Positions 27,372 to 36,153 of a stretch of 64,000 nucleotides of DNA are shown here, in pieces (position 1 is the stretch's first letter; each line of letters opens with the position of its first letter). A model generated the notes under the pieces. The model worked only from the letters and a program-made list of their open reading frames with translations, did no database searches and was not told the origin of the DNA. Source of the stretch: Candidatus Hadarchaeota archaeon (GTDB taxonomy: Archaea; Hadarchaeota; Hadarchaeia; Hadarchaeales; JAGGTB01); assembly GCA_964399085.1 (NCBI GenBank), contig CAYNPN010000003.1, forward strand, positions 7,703 through 71,702. Reading direction: 5' to 3'. Both the position numbers and the translations under genes were made by a program.

Positions 27372-28208
27372 ATGAAAAATGAAGGGATAGGGACTGTTGC
27401 TATTGTTGTAATAGTGATAGTTGTAGCAGCCGTTGCAGCCGGAGGTTATATGGTCATGTCTGGAGGCGAAGGAGGTGGGGAAGAATGGGAAGAGGTCTCC
27501 GGAGGCCCCACAACCAGTGCTCAGGCATTATCAAGCGGCCAAGGCATAGGTGTGCCTCTGAAAAAAGGAATGTCTGCAAGTTATGGGTATTACCAGTCAG
27601 GTTCTAGAGTCGGAGAATATACCGTAACCAACGTTGGAGAAGAATATTTCCAGGGGGTATCGTACAGAAAAATTGAAGGTAGCGGAAACCTGAATTTTTC
27701 GGTTCAAGAAAAATCGGTGAAATTCTCCATGGACGTTACTGGGTACTTTGAAAACACTGGAATGCCCAAGCAACTTTCTTACACTTTCCACTACACCCAA
27801 CCTAAGGAAAAGGATGTCGATATGGAGTACACTTGGAATGAAAGCCAGAGTGAAATGGTGACGGAAGTCTCAGGACAAACAACGACCGCTGATCTTCCGA
27901 CAGAATATTGGAACACCATAAGTGCCGGAGATCTTTATGTGGGCTACTCAAAGCAGATGACTTACACGATAGAATCGACATCAGTAACCCTATCTATAGA
28001 AGTTATCGGACGGGAGGACGTCACAGTACCAAAAGGAACTTTCGAAGATTGTTACCTAGTAAAACTCAGCCAACCAGAAATAAATCAAGAGGGCAAATAT
28101 TGGATTAACGAAGAAGGCGTAATGCCTAAGATGAACTTTAGCCAAACTATAGGAACTACTAGTTTAACGTTCACTATGAAGCTGGAGCACTACGGATACA
28201 AACCTTAA
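27372..28208 (+). CDS. N-terminally anchored extracytoplasmic protein
   Basis: MKNEGIGTVAIVVIVIVVAAVAAGGYMV TM helix, then a Gly/Glu linker and a ~220 aa domain. Confidence 0.6.
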   Translation: MKNEGIGTVAIVVIVIVVAAVAAGGYMVMSGGEGGGEEWEEVSGGPTTSAQALSSGQGIGVPLKKGMSASYGYYQSGSRVGEYTVTNVGEEYFQGVSYRKIEGSGNLNFSVQEKSVKFSMDVTGYFENTGMPKQLSYTFHYTQPKEKDVDMEYTWNESQSEMVTEVSGQTTTADLPTEYWNTISAGDLYVGYSKQMTYTIESTSVTLSIEVIGREDVTVPKGTFEDCYLVKLSQPEINQEGKYWINEEGVMPKMNFSQTIGTTSLTFTMKLEHYGYKP

Positions 28209-28333
28209 CGAGAGGACAGTAGTGCTCTGGGGACCGACCGATCAACAAATAGTCGTCGAAGAGGTATAACTCCGTAACTCTGCGAACTTCAGTAATAAGA
28301 TTGCTTATAGGCGAAAACAACCACTCCTTTTCG

Positions 28334-28360
28334 TTATATTTTCACCAATTTCGAGAAAGT
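28334..28360 (+). repeat. Conserved intergenic motif, copy 2
   Basis: ttatattttcaccaatttcgagaaagt; matches 29118-29144 at 25 of 27 positions. Confidence 0.4.
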
Positions 28361-28403
28361 CAGTTTTTTAAAGTCTGTCTTTTATCTTTATTATGAAAAA
28401 AGA

Positions 28404-29036
28404 TTGACGGGAGGTGAGATTATTCCTTACTGTACAGAATGTGGAGAAGAGGTAGAAGAAGGGGTCAAGTTCTGTCCGGAATGCGGAACTCTTCAAACGG
28501 AAGAGGAATCAGAAGCAAAACAGGCGCAAGGTCAAGCGGGGGAGCGCCGGCAGCCGGGTCGACGGGGACCTTCTCTGATCGATAAATTGCAGAAGTCAGA
28601 GTCAATACATTGGTTCAAGTTCAACATCGGTACCTTTCTTACAGTAGGCATCGGGTACGCTATCGCGTTCGCCTTGTTCTTTGCATTGGCGCCCGAAACG
28701 GCGACTTCGGGGATGGGTTATAGTGGGGGCTCTATTATTGCCGCCTTGGCGTTTTTCTTCGGTCTTGGTTTGGCACCGCTTTTAGCTGCCATCAACGGAA
28801 TTCGGATCGGTTCGGGTTTTCAAGACGAGGCGAATGTCGCGCTCGCAAACAGTTTCATCGGTTCCGTCATCGGGTTCCTTTTGATGACCTTCGTGCTGCT
28901 TCTCCTAATTTGGACACAGGTTGAGACCGGTGGCGGTGGGGATGTTAGTAATATACTCGGACCTATCATCGGGTTCAGCATCGGTGTTGGATTAACTGGT
29001 GCAGGCTCAACGTACCTAGCTAGAAGGAGATCCTAA
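28404..29036 (+). CDS. Zinc-ribbon membrane protein (start uncertain: TTG, or the ATT that aligns with the paralog's ATG)
   Basis: IPYCTECGEEVEEGVKFCPECG, then TM helices rich in Gly. Confidence 0.6.
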   Translation: MTGGEIIPYCTECGEEVEEGVKFCPECGTLQTEEESEAKQAQGQAGERRQPGRRGPSLIDKLQKSESIHWFKFNIGTFLTVGIGYAIAFALFFALAPETATSGMGYSGGSIIAALAFFFGLGLAPLLAAINGIRIGSGFQDEANVALANSFIGSVIGFLLMTFVLLLLIWTQVETGGGGDVSNILGPIIGFSIGVGLTGAGSTYLARRRS

Positions 29037-29117
29037 ACTCTCGCGTCAAGAATTTGTGGGCTCACTTTCAGCAAAAAGTATTGTCACCACCTCGCTCGGA
29101 GCTGGTAACACTCTTAG

Positions 29118-29144
29118 CTATATTTTCGCCAATTTCGAGAAAGT
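29118..29144 (+). repeat. Conserved intergenic motif, copy 3
   Basis: ctatattttcgccaatttcgagaaagt. Confidence 0.4.
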
Positions 29145-29472
29145 TAACAACCTATTAACTTCCAGTTTTAAGCAATATATCACGCTTTGCGTGGAAGGTT
29201 AACTTTTTTCTATATTTCCTCAAGGAGTAGGTTCCCTACCCATTATAGGCTGTCTGTTTGTTTCTTTCGGCATGTCCGATGATGGTACATCATTTTGAAA
29301 GATTAACTAACCAAAAATAGCTAGTCGAGAAACTTTCATGTTTTGGTTATACTTTACCTTTCTTTTCTCTTCTTTCAGTAAAAAAGAGAATCGAGATTCC
29401 TTATAAAATTCATTTCGTGAGTGAAACAAAAATTATACTATGTTGAGGAGATATTTCTATTCGCGATGATCT

Positions 29473-30879
29473 ATGTTTGAGAGTATAAAACTTCGAAACA
29501 GATTGTTCGGTACCGAGGTTTTCAAAGGAGAAAGAGGAGTAAAGGTTCTGACTTCTGTTTTGGTCGTAGTAATAATTGCAGCGTTGGTTGGTGCAGGTAT
29601 CTTTTTGCTTGGGTGGGAGGGAATTTTTGATGATTCTTCGTCTGACTCGAATCAGTCTGGTCCGATGCAGAGAAACGTGATGTTGGCTTCTTCTCCCGCT
29701 GCCCTCGATTTGGGCGATACAGACAATGAAAAGACTTCGAGTTTGGTAGAGGGGGCTAACCAGTTCGCGTTTGAACTGTTTTCTCAATTGGCCGAGGAAA
29801 ATGGTAATTCTTTCATATCGCCCTATAGCATTCATACTGCTCTTGCTATGACATATGAGGGTGCTAGCGGCGGAACTGCTGATGGGATGGAGTCCGCCCT
29901 GAATCTGCCCGGCGACGACGACGTGAGACTGCCTGCTTTTGCCGACCTTCACGAGAAGCTGAATTTGGAGAGAGAGGTGGAGTTAAAGACTGCCAATGCT
30001 CTTTGGCCTCAAGAGAACTTTCCTTTCTATGAGGACTATCTGGAAGCTGTTAAAAAACATTACCTTGCTAGGATTGAGTCACTTAATTATACTCCAAATC
30101 CGGATGCTGCGGTCAAGAAGATAAACGAATGGGCTGCCGAACACACTGAAAACAAGATAAAGGAGATACTGCAGGACCTCGATCCTATGACGAGGCTTGT
30201 CCTGACGAACGCCATATACTTTAAGGGTACTTGGTTGATACCTTTCGATGAGTCCTTGACTGAGAAAGAACCCTTTCATCCCTCCGACGGTTCATCTGTT
30301 CAGGTACCGATGATGCAGTTCCACGAGAATAGGTTGGAGGAAAATCAGTTTTACTACTCCGAAACTTCAGGAACGAAGGCGCTGAAACTGCCGTACACCG
30401 GTAGAGAAATGTCCATGATTTTTTTGCTTCCTAAAGACGAGTCCAATGGAATTGATTGGCTCAAGGAGCAAGGTACCTCGGGTGAGTTTGAAGAAATTCA
30501 GAAAAATTTTGAGAAAAAACAGATGAGAAAAATCAAGATTCCTAAGTTTGAGTACAAGGTCAGGTATCAGGAAGAACTCAAGAGTGCTTTGAAAGATTTT
30601 GGAATGTCTTCAGCGTTCGAACCTGACTCAGCTGATTTCTCTGCTATGTCGCCTCTGGGAGAAAATCTATTCATAAGTAAGGTGGTCCACAAGGCGTATG
30701 TCAAAGTTGAGGAAAAGGGGACCGAGGCCGCCGCAGTAACAGGCGTAGTGATGAAAGTAACAGCAGGGCCTGAAAAATCATCATTTGTAGCCGACCGGCC
30801 CTTCATGTTTCTGATAAAAGATGAGAAGACCGGCAGCATCCTGTTTATAGGCAGTGTTGTAAATCCGCAAAGCGGATGA
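29473..30879 (+). CDS. Serpin (serine protease inhibitor) with an N-terminal TM anchor
   Basis: NSFISPYSIHTALAMTYEGASGGT..; inhibitory-type hinge EEKGTEAAAVTGVVMKVTAGPE; C-terminal FVADRPFMFLIKD. N-terminal TM helix VLTSVLVVVIIAALVGAGIFLL. Confidence 0.9.
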   Translation: MFESIKLRNRLFGTEVFKGERGVKVLTSVLVVVIIAALVGAGIFLLGWEGIFDDSSSDSNQSGPMQRNVMLASSPAALDLGDTDNEKTSSLVEGANQFAFELFSQLAEENGNSFISPYSIHTALAMTYEGASGGTADGMESALNLPGDDDVRLPAFADLHEKLNLEREVELKTANALWPQENFPFYEDYLEAVKKHYLARIESLNYTPNPDAAVKKINEWAAEHTENKIKEILQDLDPMTRLVLTNAIYFKGTWLIPFDESLTEKEPFHPSDGSSVQVPMMQFHENRLEENQFYYSETSGTKALKLPYTGREMSMIFLLPKDESNGIDWLKEQGTSGEFEEIQKNFEKKQMRKIKIPKFEYKVRYQEELKSALKDFGMSSAFEPDSADFSAMSPLGENLFISKVVHKAYVKVEEKGTEAAAVTGVVMKVTAGPEKSSFVADRPFMFLIKDEKTGSILFIGSVVNPQSG

Positions 30880-30987
30880 GGTAGTGAAAAAGGATTAGGG
30901 GGTCAAGATGGGTTATTTCAACTGATTTCGAAGAACCGTAAAGCTATCGAGAACTCTCGTTCTGATCACCCACTGGTTTGACTATTC

Positions 30988-31527
30988 TCATTTGTTCTCC
31001 ATCAACAGACCGATTTTCGGCTGTGTGATCGATCTTCCGCAAGTAGAGGCCGACTCTCTCCGGTCGGATCCCCACGCCTTTTTCTCCTTTATCCATTCGC
31101 TTATGTCGAATGGTGTAAATTTACCAGTCAAATTCTCACAAGCTTCACGGACATAATCAACGGCCTGCTTACTCTCCTTCTCCGACCCGTAGTATTTCGG
31201 TTTCAAGTTCACTTTCCGGAGTATGTGCTCGCTCTTCCGCTTGTGCCAGCGAGAAAGGTCAGAAGTCCCGAGGCCCATCGCTCCCTCTTTGATAACTATG
31301 CCAAACTCGTCGGGATTTAGCCGCTGCATGGCATTCGGATCCAAGACCGAGTAAATCCAGTGAAGGTCCTTCGGCAAGATGTACATCCCCAGGTTCTTCA
31401 AAACCAGATATTCCGGGAGATCCCTGACGTCCACGTCTATCGAAGTGTGCTTGGTAGAGTCCAGTCCCAAGGCAAGGTCTGAGTGCCTCGACTTTCGGAG
31501 CATGTACATGAGTTCGGCCTTGCCCAT
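30988..31527 (-). CDS. Possible divergent tyrosine-recombinase catalytic part (weak)
   Basis: SRHSDLALGL..IDVD (box I-like R-x-S-D/E-L) and SEHILRKV (HxLR-like). Lies between the N-domain-like ORF and the rest of the locus, next to the 3' end of a tRNA. Confidence 0.3.
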   Translation of the reverse strand: MGKAELMYMLRKSRHSDLALGLDSTKHTSIDVDVRDLPEYLVLKNLGMYILPKDLHWIYSVLDPNAMQRLNPDEFGIVIKEGAMGLGTSDLSRWHKRKSEHILRKVNLKPKYYGSEKESKQAVDYVREACENLTGKFTPFDISEWIKEKKAWGSDRRESASTCGRSITQPKIGLLMENK

Positions 31528-31546
31528 GGTTTGATTCTTCCGGACC

Positions 31547-31753
31547 TTAATCCTCGAAATCGTAATCTACATGTTCAGCTATAATCTTCAAATAGTTAAG
31601 CAGCTTGTAAATTCGGTCTTTCGAATAATCTTGGACCTCGAGATCCCGCTTGTAATCCAGGAGGGTCTCCCGATCCAGCTCCGACAGTCCGTCCGATGAT
31701 CTTATCCGTTCCTCCTCCCTAACCAGCTTAGGACCGTAATCGACCGCGGGCAA
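31547..31753 (-). CDS. Possible integrase N-terminal (SAM-like) domain ORF
   Basis: DRETLLDYKRDLEVQDYSKDRIYKLLNYLKIIAEHV pattern. 76 nt from the 3' end of tRNA-Phe. Confidence 0.3.
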   Translation of the reverse strand: MPAVDYGPKLVREEERIRSSDGLSELDRETLLDYKRDLEVQDYSKDRIYKLLNYLKIIAEHVDYDFED

Positions 31754-31829
31754 GCTTCACACCTCCATCTTTTGTAAGGGCAAGCCCTTTTTAAGGCGCG
31801 ACAGAGAAAAGATTCGAACCCAGTAGTAG

Positions 31830-31927
31830 TGGTGCGGGGAGAGGGATTTGAACCCTCGACAACCGCATCTTCAGTGCGGCGCTTTTGGGCCAGGTTTATC
31901 CTGGGCTCCCAGCTGAGCTATCCCCGC
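31830..31927 (-). tRNA. tRNA-Phe (GAA) with a 22 nt non-canonical intron in the D-arm (after position 22)
   Basis: Reverse complement: GCGGGGA-TA-GCTC-AGCTGGGA-G[CCCAGGATAAACCTGGCCCAAA]AGC-G-CCGCA-CTGAAGA-TGCGG-TTGTC-GAGGG-TTCAAAT-CCCTC-TCCCCGC-A-CCA. Removing the bracketed 22 nt restores a canonical 76 nt cloverleaf. Confidence 0.85.
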
Positions 31928-31946
31928 CTATCTTCTCCTACTTACG

Positions 31947-32648
31947 TTAGATTTTATTTAGTTTTTGGTGATGCCTTTGATTTGAAAAACCGATTTCGTT
32001 TAACCACTTTTTACACATTTCATCCCCATTAATTGAAATAATATATTTAGTGTTCCATTCTTCTCTGGGAACCCACTCTCGAAATCCCACCCTAAAATTT
32101 CTATTTTCCAAAATTGCCTCTAGTTGTTCAGCGAGATTTTTGCTAGTTGTAGTTATTTCGATTGTAGGATAATCTTTACGATACCCTTTATCGCTGAAGA
32201 AGAATGAACCGTCGGAGTCAGCAATACCTCTTATACATTTACTCTTGATTTTCCAAGATGATTCGACTACATACTTCGGAATTTTTACTTTCTTGGCTTT
32301 ACCAGAACCGACAGGTATTTCTGGTTTGTCGGAAAAATATTCAAAAAGTTCCTTTGAGCAAACTCTTATTCTCAACCCCCTCTGTCTTGTTTTTGTCCTT
32401 GGGTTTCCGCTCAGCTCGTTGCAAATAATTTCTGATAAATATTGGAAATATTCTGCGTCTAAATCAGGGTCACCAGTGAGTTCAACTCTGTAATGTCTAC
32501 CGTCGGTCCAAAGATTCCCATCGCCTATTATCGCTCCCAATAGTTCCGCAATTTCTCCGTTCAGTTTCATTAGACCAGACCTATCTTGTTCATTTATAGT
32601 TGGCAGGGAGATAAAAAACGGAAAATTCGATATTTTAATACCCACCAT
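31947..32648 (-). CDS. Free-standing double-motif LAGLIDADG homing-endonuclease-like protein
   Basis: Two LAGLIDADG motifs: LLGAIIGDGN and IRGIADSDGS. Not embedded in any recognisable intron or intein host gene. Confidence 0.8.
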   Translation of the reverse strand: MVGIKISNFPFFISLPTINEQDRSGLMKLNGEIAELLGAIIGDGNLWTDGRHYRVELTGDPDLDAEYFQYLSEIICNELSGNPRTKTRQRGLRIRVCSKELFEYFSDKPEIPVGSGKAKKVKIPKYVVESSWKIKSKCIRGIADSDGSFFFSDKGYRKDYPTIEITTTSKNLAEQLEAILENRNFRVGFREWVPREEWNTKYIISINGDEMCKKWLNEIGFSNQRHHQKLNKI

Positions 32649-32733
32649 TGACCTGTCGCCCCGTAACCGCTCTTTTTACCCACCGAAAATCCTAAAAAGA
32701 TTTCAATAAGATTTTGAGAATTGAGGTGAATTT

Positions 32734-34107
32734 ATGCCTGAAATTACCGAAGTCCCTGAAGAAGGCGGAGATGAGTTCGAGCGAATAAGCGCTCACACCC
32801 ACATCAGAGGGCTAGGACTCGATAGTGAAGGCAAAGCACAGGATGTCGCTGCCGGGATGGTGGGCCAGAAGAAGGCCCGAGAGGCCGCCGGCCGAGTAGT
32901 CAGCCTCGTCAAGAAGGGTAAGCTAGGAGGACGCTCGGTACTACTTGCGGGACCTCCCGGAACCGGAAAGACCGCCGTGGCGGTCGGGATGGCCAGAGAA
33001 CTCGGCGAAGACGTCCCGTTCATCCAGATTTCGGGATCCCAGATTTTCTCGGCGGACAGGGACAAGACGGAGATACTAATGGAGTCCCTACGCAAGGCAC
33101 TCGGCGTCAGAGTAACGGAGATGAGAGACGTCTACGAGGGTGAAGTTGTTTCACTGAACATCGAGAGCGGCCAGACCTCTTATAACCCCTATCAGCAGAC
33201 CGCGAGCGAGGCGAAGATATCTCTCAGGACGCAGGACGAGGAAAAGACGCTCAGACTCGGCAAGAGCGTGGCATCCTCACTTCAGAACAAGCAGGTTTCC
33301 GAGGGAGACGTCATACAGGTCGACGCCGAGACCGGTAGGATAATGAGAGTCGGTACGAGCAGGGAAGCATGGGACGAAGAGGCCGCGGACATCAATGTCA
33401 GCCCGGACTTGGTCGACGTGCCGACTGGAAGCATAAAGAAGGAAAGGGAATTCGTCTCCACCCTAAACATCCACCAGCTTGACACGATCCAGGCGAGGCA
33501 GAGAGCCAGAGGTGGAATAAGCATGCTATTCGGCGGTGGAGGAATGGAGATAGACGAAGAGGTCAGACAGGCGACCAACGATCAGGTAAGGCAGTGGATA
33601 GAGGAAGGAAAGGGAGAGCTTCTTCCCGGAGTTCTCTTCCTCGACGAAGTACACATGCTGGACATCGAGGCCTTCTCGTTCCTGAATCGTGCAGTCGAAC
33701 AAGAGTTTTCACCAATCATTATTCTGGCGAGCAACAGGGGGAAGTCCAAGATTCGTGGGACCGATTACGAATCTCCCCATGGAATGCCGTTGGACTTTCT
33801 GGACAGGCTCCTCGTTATAGACACCCACCCGTACGAAAAGGACGAGATAGAGGAAATTCTGCAGATTAGGGCCGAGGAAGAGGATGCCGAACTCGACGAG
33901 GAAGCCCTCGACTATCTGGCGGATGTAGGCTCGAAGGCATCCATGAGGTATGCGGTACAGCTCATTGCTCCCGCGAACGAGGAGGCCAAGCGAAACGGTA
34001 GGGATGTGGTCAGCAAGGAAGATGCCGAGGAAGCCAGAAGGCTCTTTATAAGCGTCGAGGACTCCGTGGAAATACTCAAGGAATACGAAGACAAGATGAT
34101 CTCGTAA
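32734..34107 (+). CDS. TIP49 / RuvB-like AAA+ ATPase
   Basis: ERISAHTHIRGLGLD, Walker [10 protein letters not shown], insertion (OB-like) domain, Walker B LFLDEVHMLD. Confidence 0.85.
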   Translation: MPEITEVPEEGGDEFERISAHTHIRGLGLDSEGKAQDVAAGMVGQKKAREAAGRVVSLVKKGKLGGRSVLLAGPPGTGKTAVAVGMARELGEDVPFIQISGSQIFSADRDKTEILMESLRKALGVRVTEMRDVYEGEVVSLNIESGQTSYNPYQQTASEAKISLRTQDEEKTLRLGKSVASSLQNKQVSEGDVIQVDAETGRIMRVGTSREAWDEEAADINVSPDLVDVPTGSIKKEREFVSTLNIHQLDTIQARQRARGGISMLFGGGGMEIDEEVRQATNDQVRQWIEEGKGELLPGVLFLDEVHMLDIEAFSFLNRAVEQEFSPIIILASNRGKSKIRGTDYESPHGMPLDFLDRLLVIDTHPYEKDEIEEILQIRAEEEDAELDEEALDYLADVGSKASMRYAVQLIAPANEEAKRNGRDVVSKEDAEEARRLFISVEDSVEILKEYEDKMIS

Positions 34108-34209
34108 CTTACTCCCCCGTTTTTTATTTTTTCTTAGTCGAGGATTTTTAGGAGACTTCTAAATAATTGCATCTAGAGGCATGAAAAAACAGGGAGAGAG
34201 GATTAAAAA

Positions 34210-34836
34210 TTGTTGGAAAGAATTTCATCGAGGACAGCCGGATTATGCGGCATTTTGGGCCCAATCGTTTCGATAATTTTCATAGGCGCCGCGATTTCGA
34301 TCCATCCTTGGTTTAGCTTTGCCGATAACGCCTTGAGTGATCTCGGGGCTATTGGAACTTCCAATAACTACGTGTTCAATATCGGCTTGATCTTGACGGG
34401 GATTTTTGCCCTGATTTTTACGCTCGGTTTAATTCAATTCTTGGACAGGAAGCTCGGGCGAATAGGAGCGGTAATCTTTGGAGCGGGAAACGTTTCCTTG
34501 ATATTGATCGGGATTTTTCCGGAGGGTATGCCTCTGCATTATCCCGTATCGATAGGTTTCTTCGCCCTTGCCGCTTTAGGAATATTTATCGAGGGGATAG
34601 ATCAGCTCCGGAAGGATTCAACACGACCTTGGGGGATTCTTATTATATGCATACTCTTTCTGGCTGGAGCCTCCATAGTACTGACCTCCACCATACCTTA
34701 CGATTTCACGCAGGGGCTCGTTCACGAGCCTTCGGCCAGCATTAGCTTTCCAATAGCGATTTCGGAAACGATAGGTTCGATAGTTTACGGAGAATTTACG
34801 ATAGTTTTCGGCGCCCGCATGCTCGATGTCCTGTAA
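34210..34836 (+). CDS. DUF998-like polytopic membrane protein
   Basis: 6 TM helices; N-terminal ..LCGILGPIVSIIFIGAAISIHPWFSFADNALSDLGA pattern. Confidence 0.55.
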   Translation: MLERISSRTAGLCGILGPIVSIIFIGAAISIHPWFSFADNALSDLGAIGTSNNYVFNIGLILTGIFALIFTLGLIQFLDRKLGRIGAVIFGAGNVSLILIGIFPEGMPLHYPVSIGFFALAALGIFIEGIDQLRKDSTRPWGILIICILFLAGASIVLTSTIPYDFTQGLVHEPSASISFPIAISETIGSIVYGEFTIVFGARMLDVL

Positions 34837-34908
34837 GGTAGGATTACTTTCCTAGATTCCGACCTAAATCTAAAAACTTGTAGATTTTTCATTATTATTG
34901 GTGCTCTC

Positions 34909-35691
34909 ATGGGAGAGATAAAGATAGGCACATGTGGATATAGCTACTACAATCCTCCTGACGGCTGGAAGGAAGAGTACGAGAGCAAACTGCAGGCGTA
35001 TTCTCATGCTTTCGAAGTCGGCGAAATAAATCGTACCTTCTACAAGCTCCCAATGACCAAAACCACGGAACGCTGGAGGCGGGAGGCGGCGGATGACTTC
35101 GAATTCACGCTGAAGGCGTGGCAGGCTTTGACTCATCCGACCAGTAGCCCGACATGGCGGGGAAAGAAGGACAAGTTGACCGAGGAACAAGAAGAAGAGT
35201 TCGGTTACCTCCGTCCCAACGAGCGGGTCGTCGGGGCCTGGGAGGAGACGAAGGAGAGAGCGGAGGCCTTAGAGGCAAATGTTTGCGTGCTACAAACGTC
35301 GGCCGGTTTCGATTGCTCAGAGGAGAACGAGCAAAATATGGTCGAACTGCTGGATAATATCGACAGGGGAAATATCGAATTAGCCTGGGAGCCACGGGGT
35401 GACTGGAAAGATAATCCCGATAGAGTTAGGGAAATCTGCGAGGATCTCGATTTAATTCATATAGTTGATTTAATGAGAAGGAATCCCGTTTCGAGCCATG
35501 AGATAGCTTACGTTAGATTGCACGGCCTTAATCCCAGGGAATATGACTATGATTACGACTATTCCGATGAAGAGCTTCGGGAGTTGGCGGAGGAGCTTGA
35601 AGATCTTGCCAAAAATCACGAGACGGTCTACTGCATGTTCAACAATTACGAGATGTTCGACAACGCCCAGAAGTTGAAAAAATTACTCTAA
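34909..35691 (+). CDS. DUF72 (YecE-like) family protein
   Basis: IKIGTCGYSY..YSHAFEVGEINRTFYKLP..RW..DFEFTLKAWQALTH. Confidence 0.75.
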   Translation: MGEIKIGTCGYSYYNPPDGWKEEYESKLQAYSHAFEVGEINRTFYKLPMTKTTERWRREAADDFEFTLKAWQALTHPTSSPTWRGKKDKLTEEQEEEFGYLRPNERVVGAWEETKERAEALEANVCVLQTSAGFDCSEENEQNMVELLDNIDRGNIELAWEPRGDWKDNPDRVREICEDLDLIHIVDLMRRNPVSSHEIAYVRLHGLNPREYDYDYDYSDEELRELAEELEDLAKNHETVYCMFNNYEMFDNAQKLKKLL

Positions 35692-36153
35692 TATTTTTCA
35701 TCCACTGGATAATTGGTTTCAGCCTTGAAATCGGCGATACTTTCTAGGAAGCAGGTGTACAATTAGAGGGAGAAATTATCTTTTCCAATCCTTTTCTATC
35801 TCATATTAAATCTATACCCTATTTCCCTGTAATTGCAAGAATAGGGCCAATCATATCCGCCTCTTATGAGCAAGAAAATGGAATCAAGAATCGATGAAAT
35901 GACGTTTGTCGTTGGAATGAGCTCCCTCGATTCAATAAGTAATCTCGCTCCCGACGTTGAAAAAAATCGATCTAATTTCAATAATAAGCGATTACGATTC
36001 CTTCGAGGTCCCCGCAAACGGAGAATTGGATATTATGAGTTCAGTAGTATTGCCCGCTGTCAAATCGTTAGTATTCGAGTGACGCGTCATAACTTAACCC
36101 GATCTCATTTTTTTGAAATGCTTTTTCAAGTATTTGCTAGTTTGAGTATCTAC

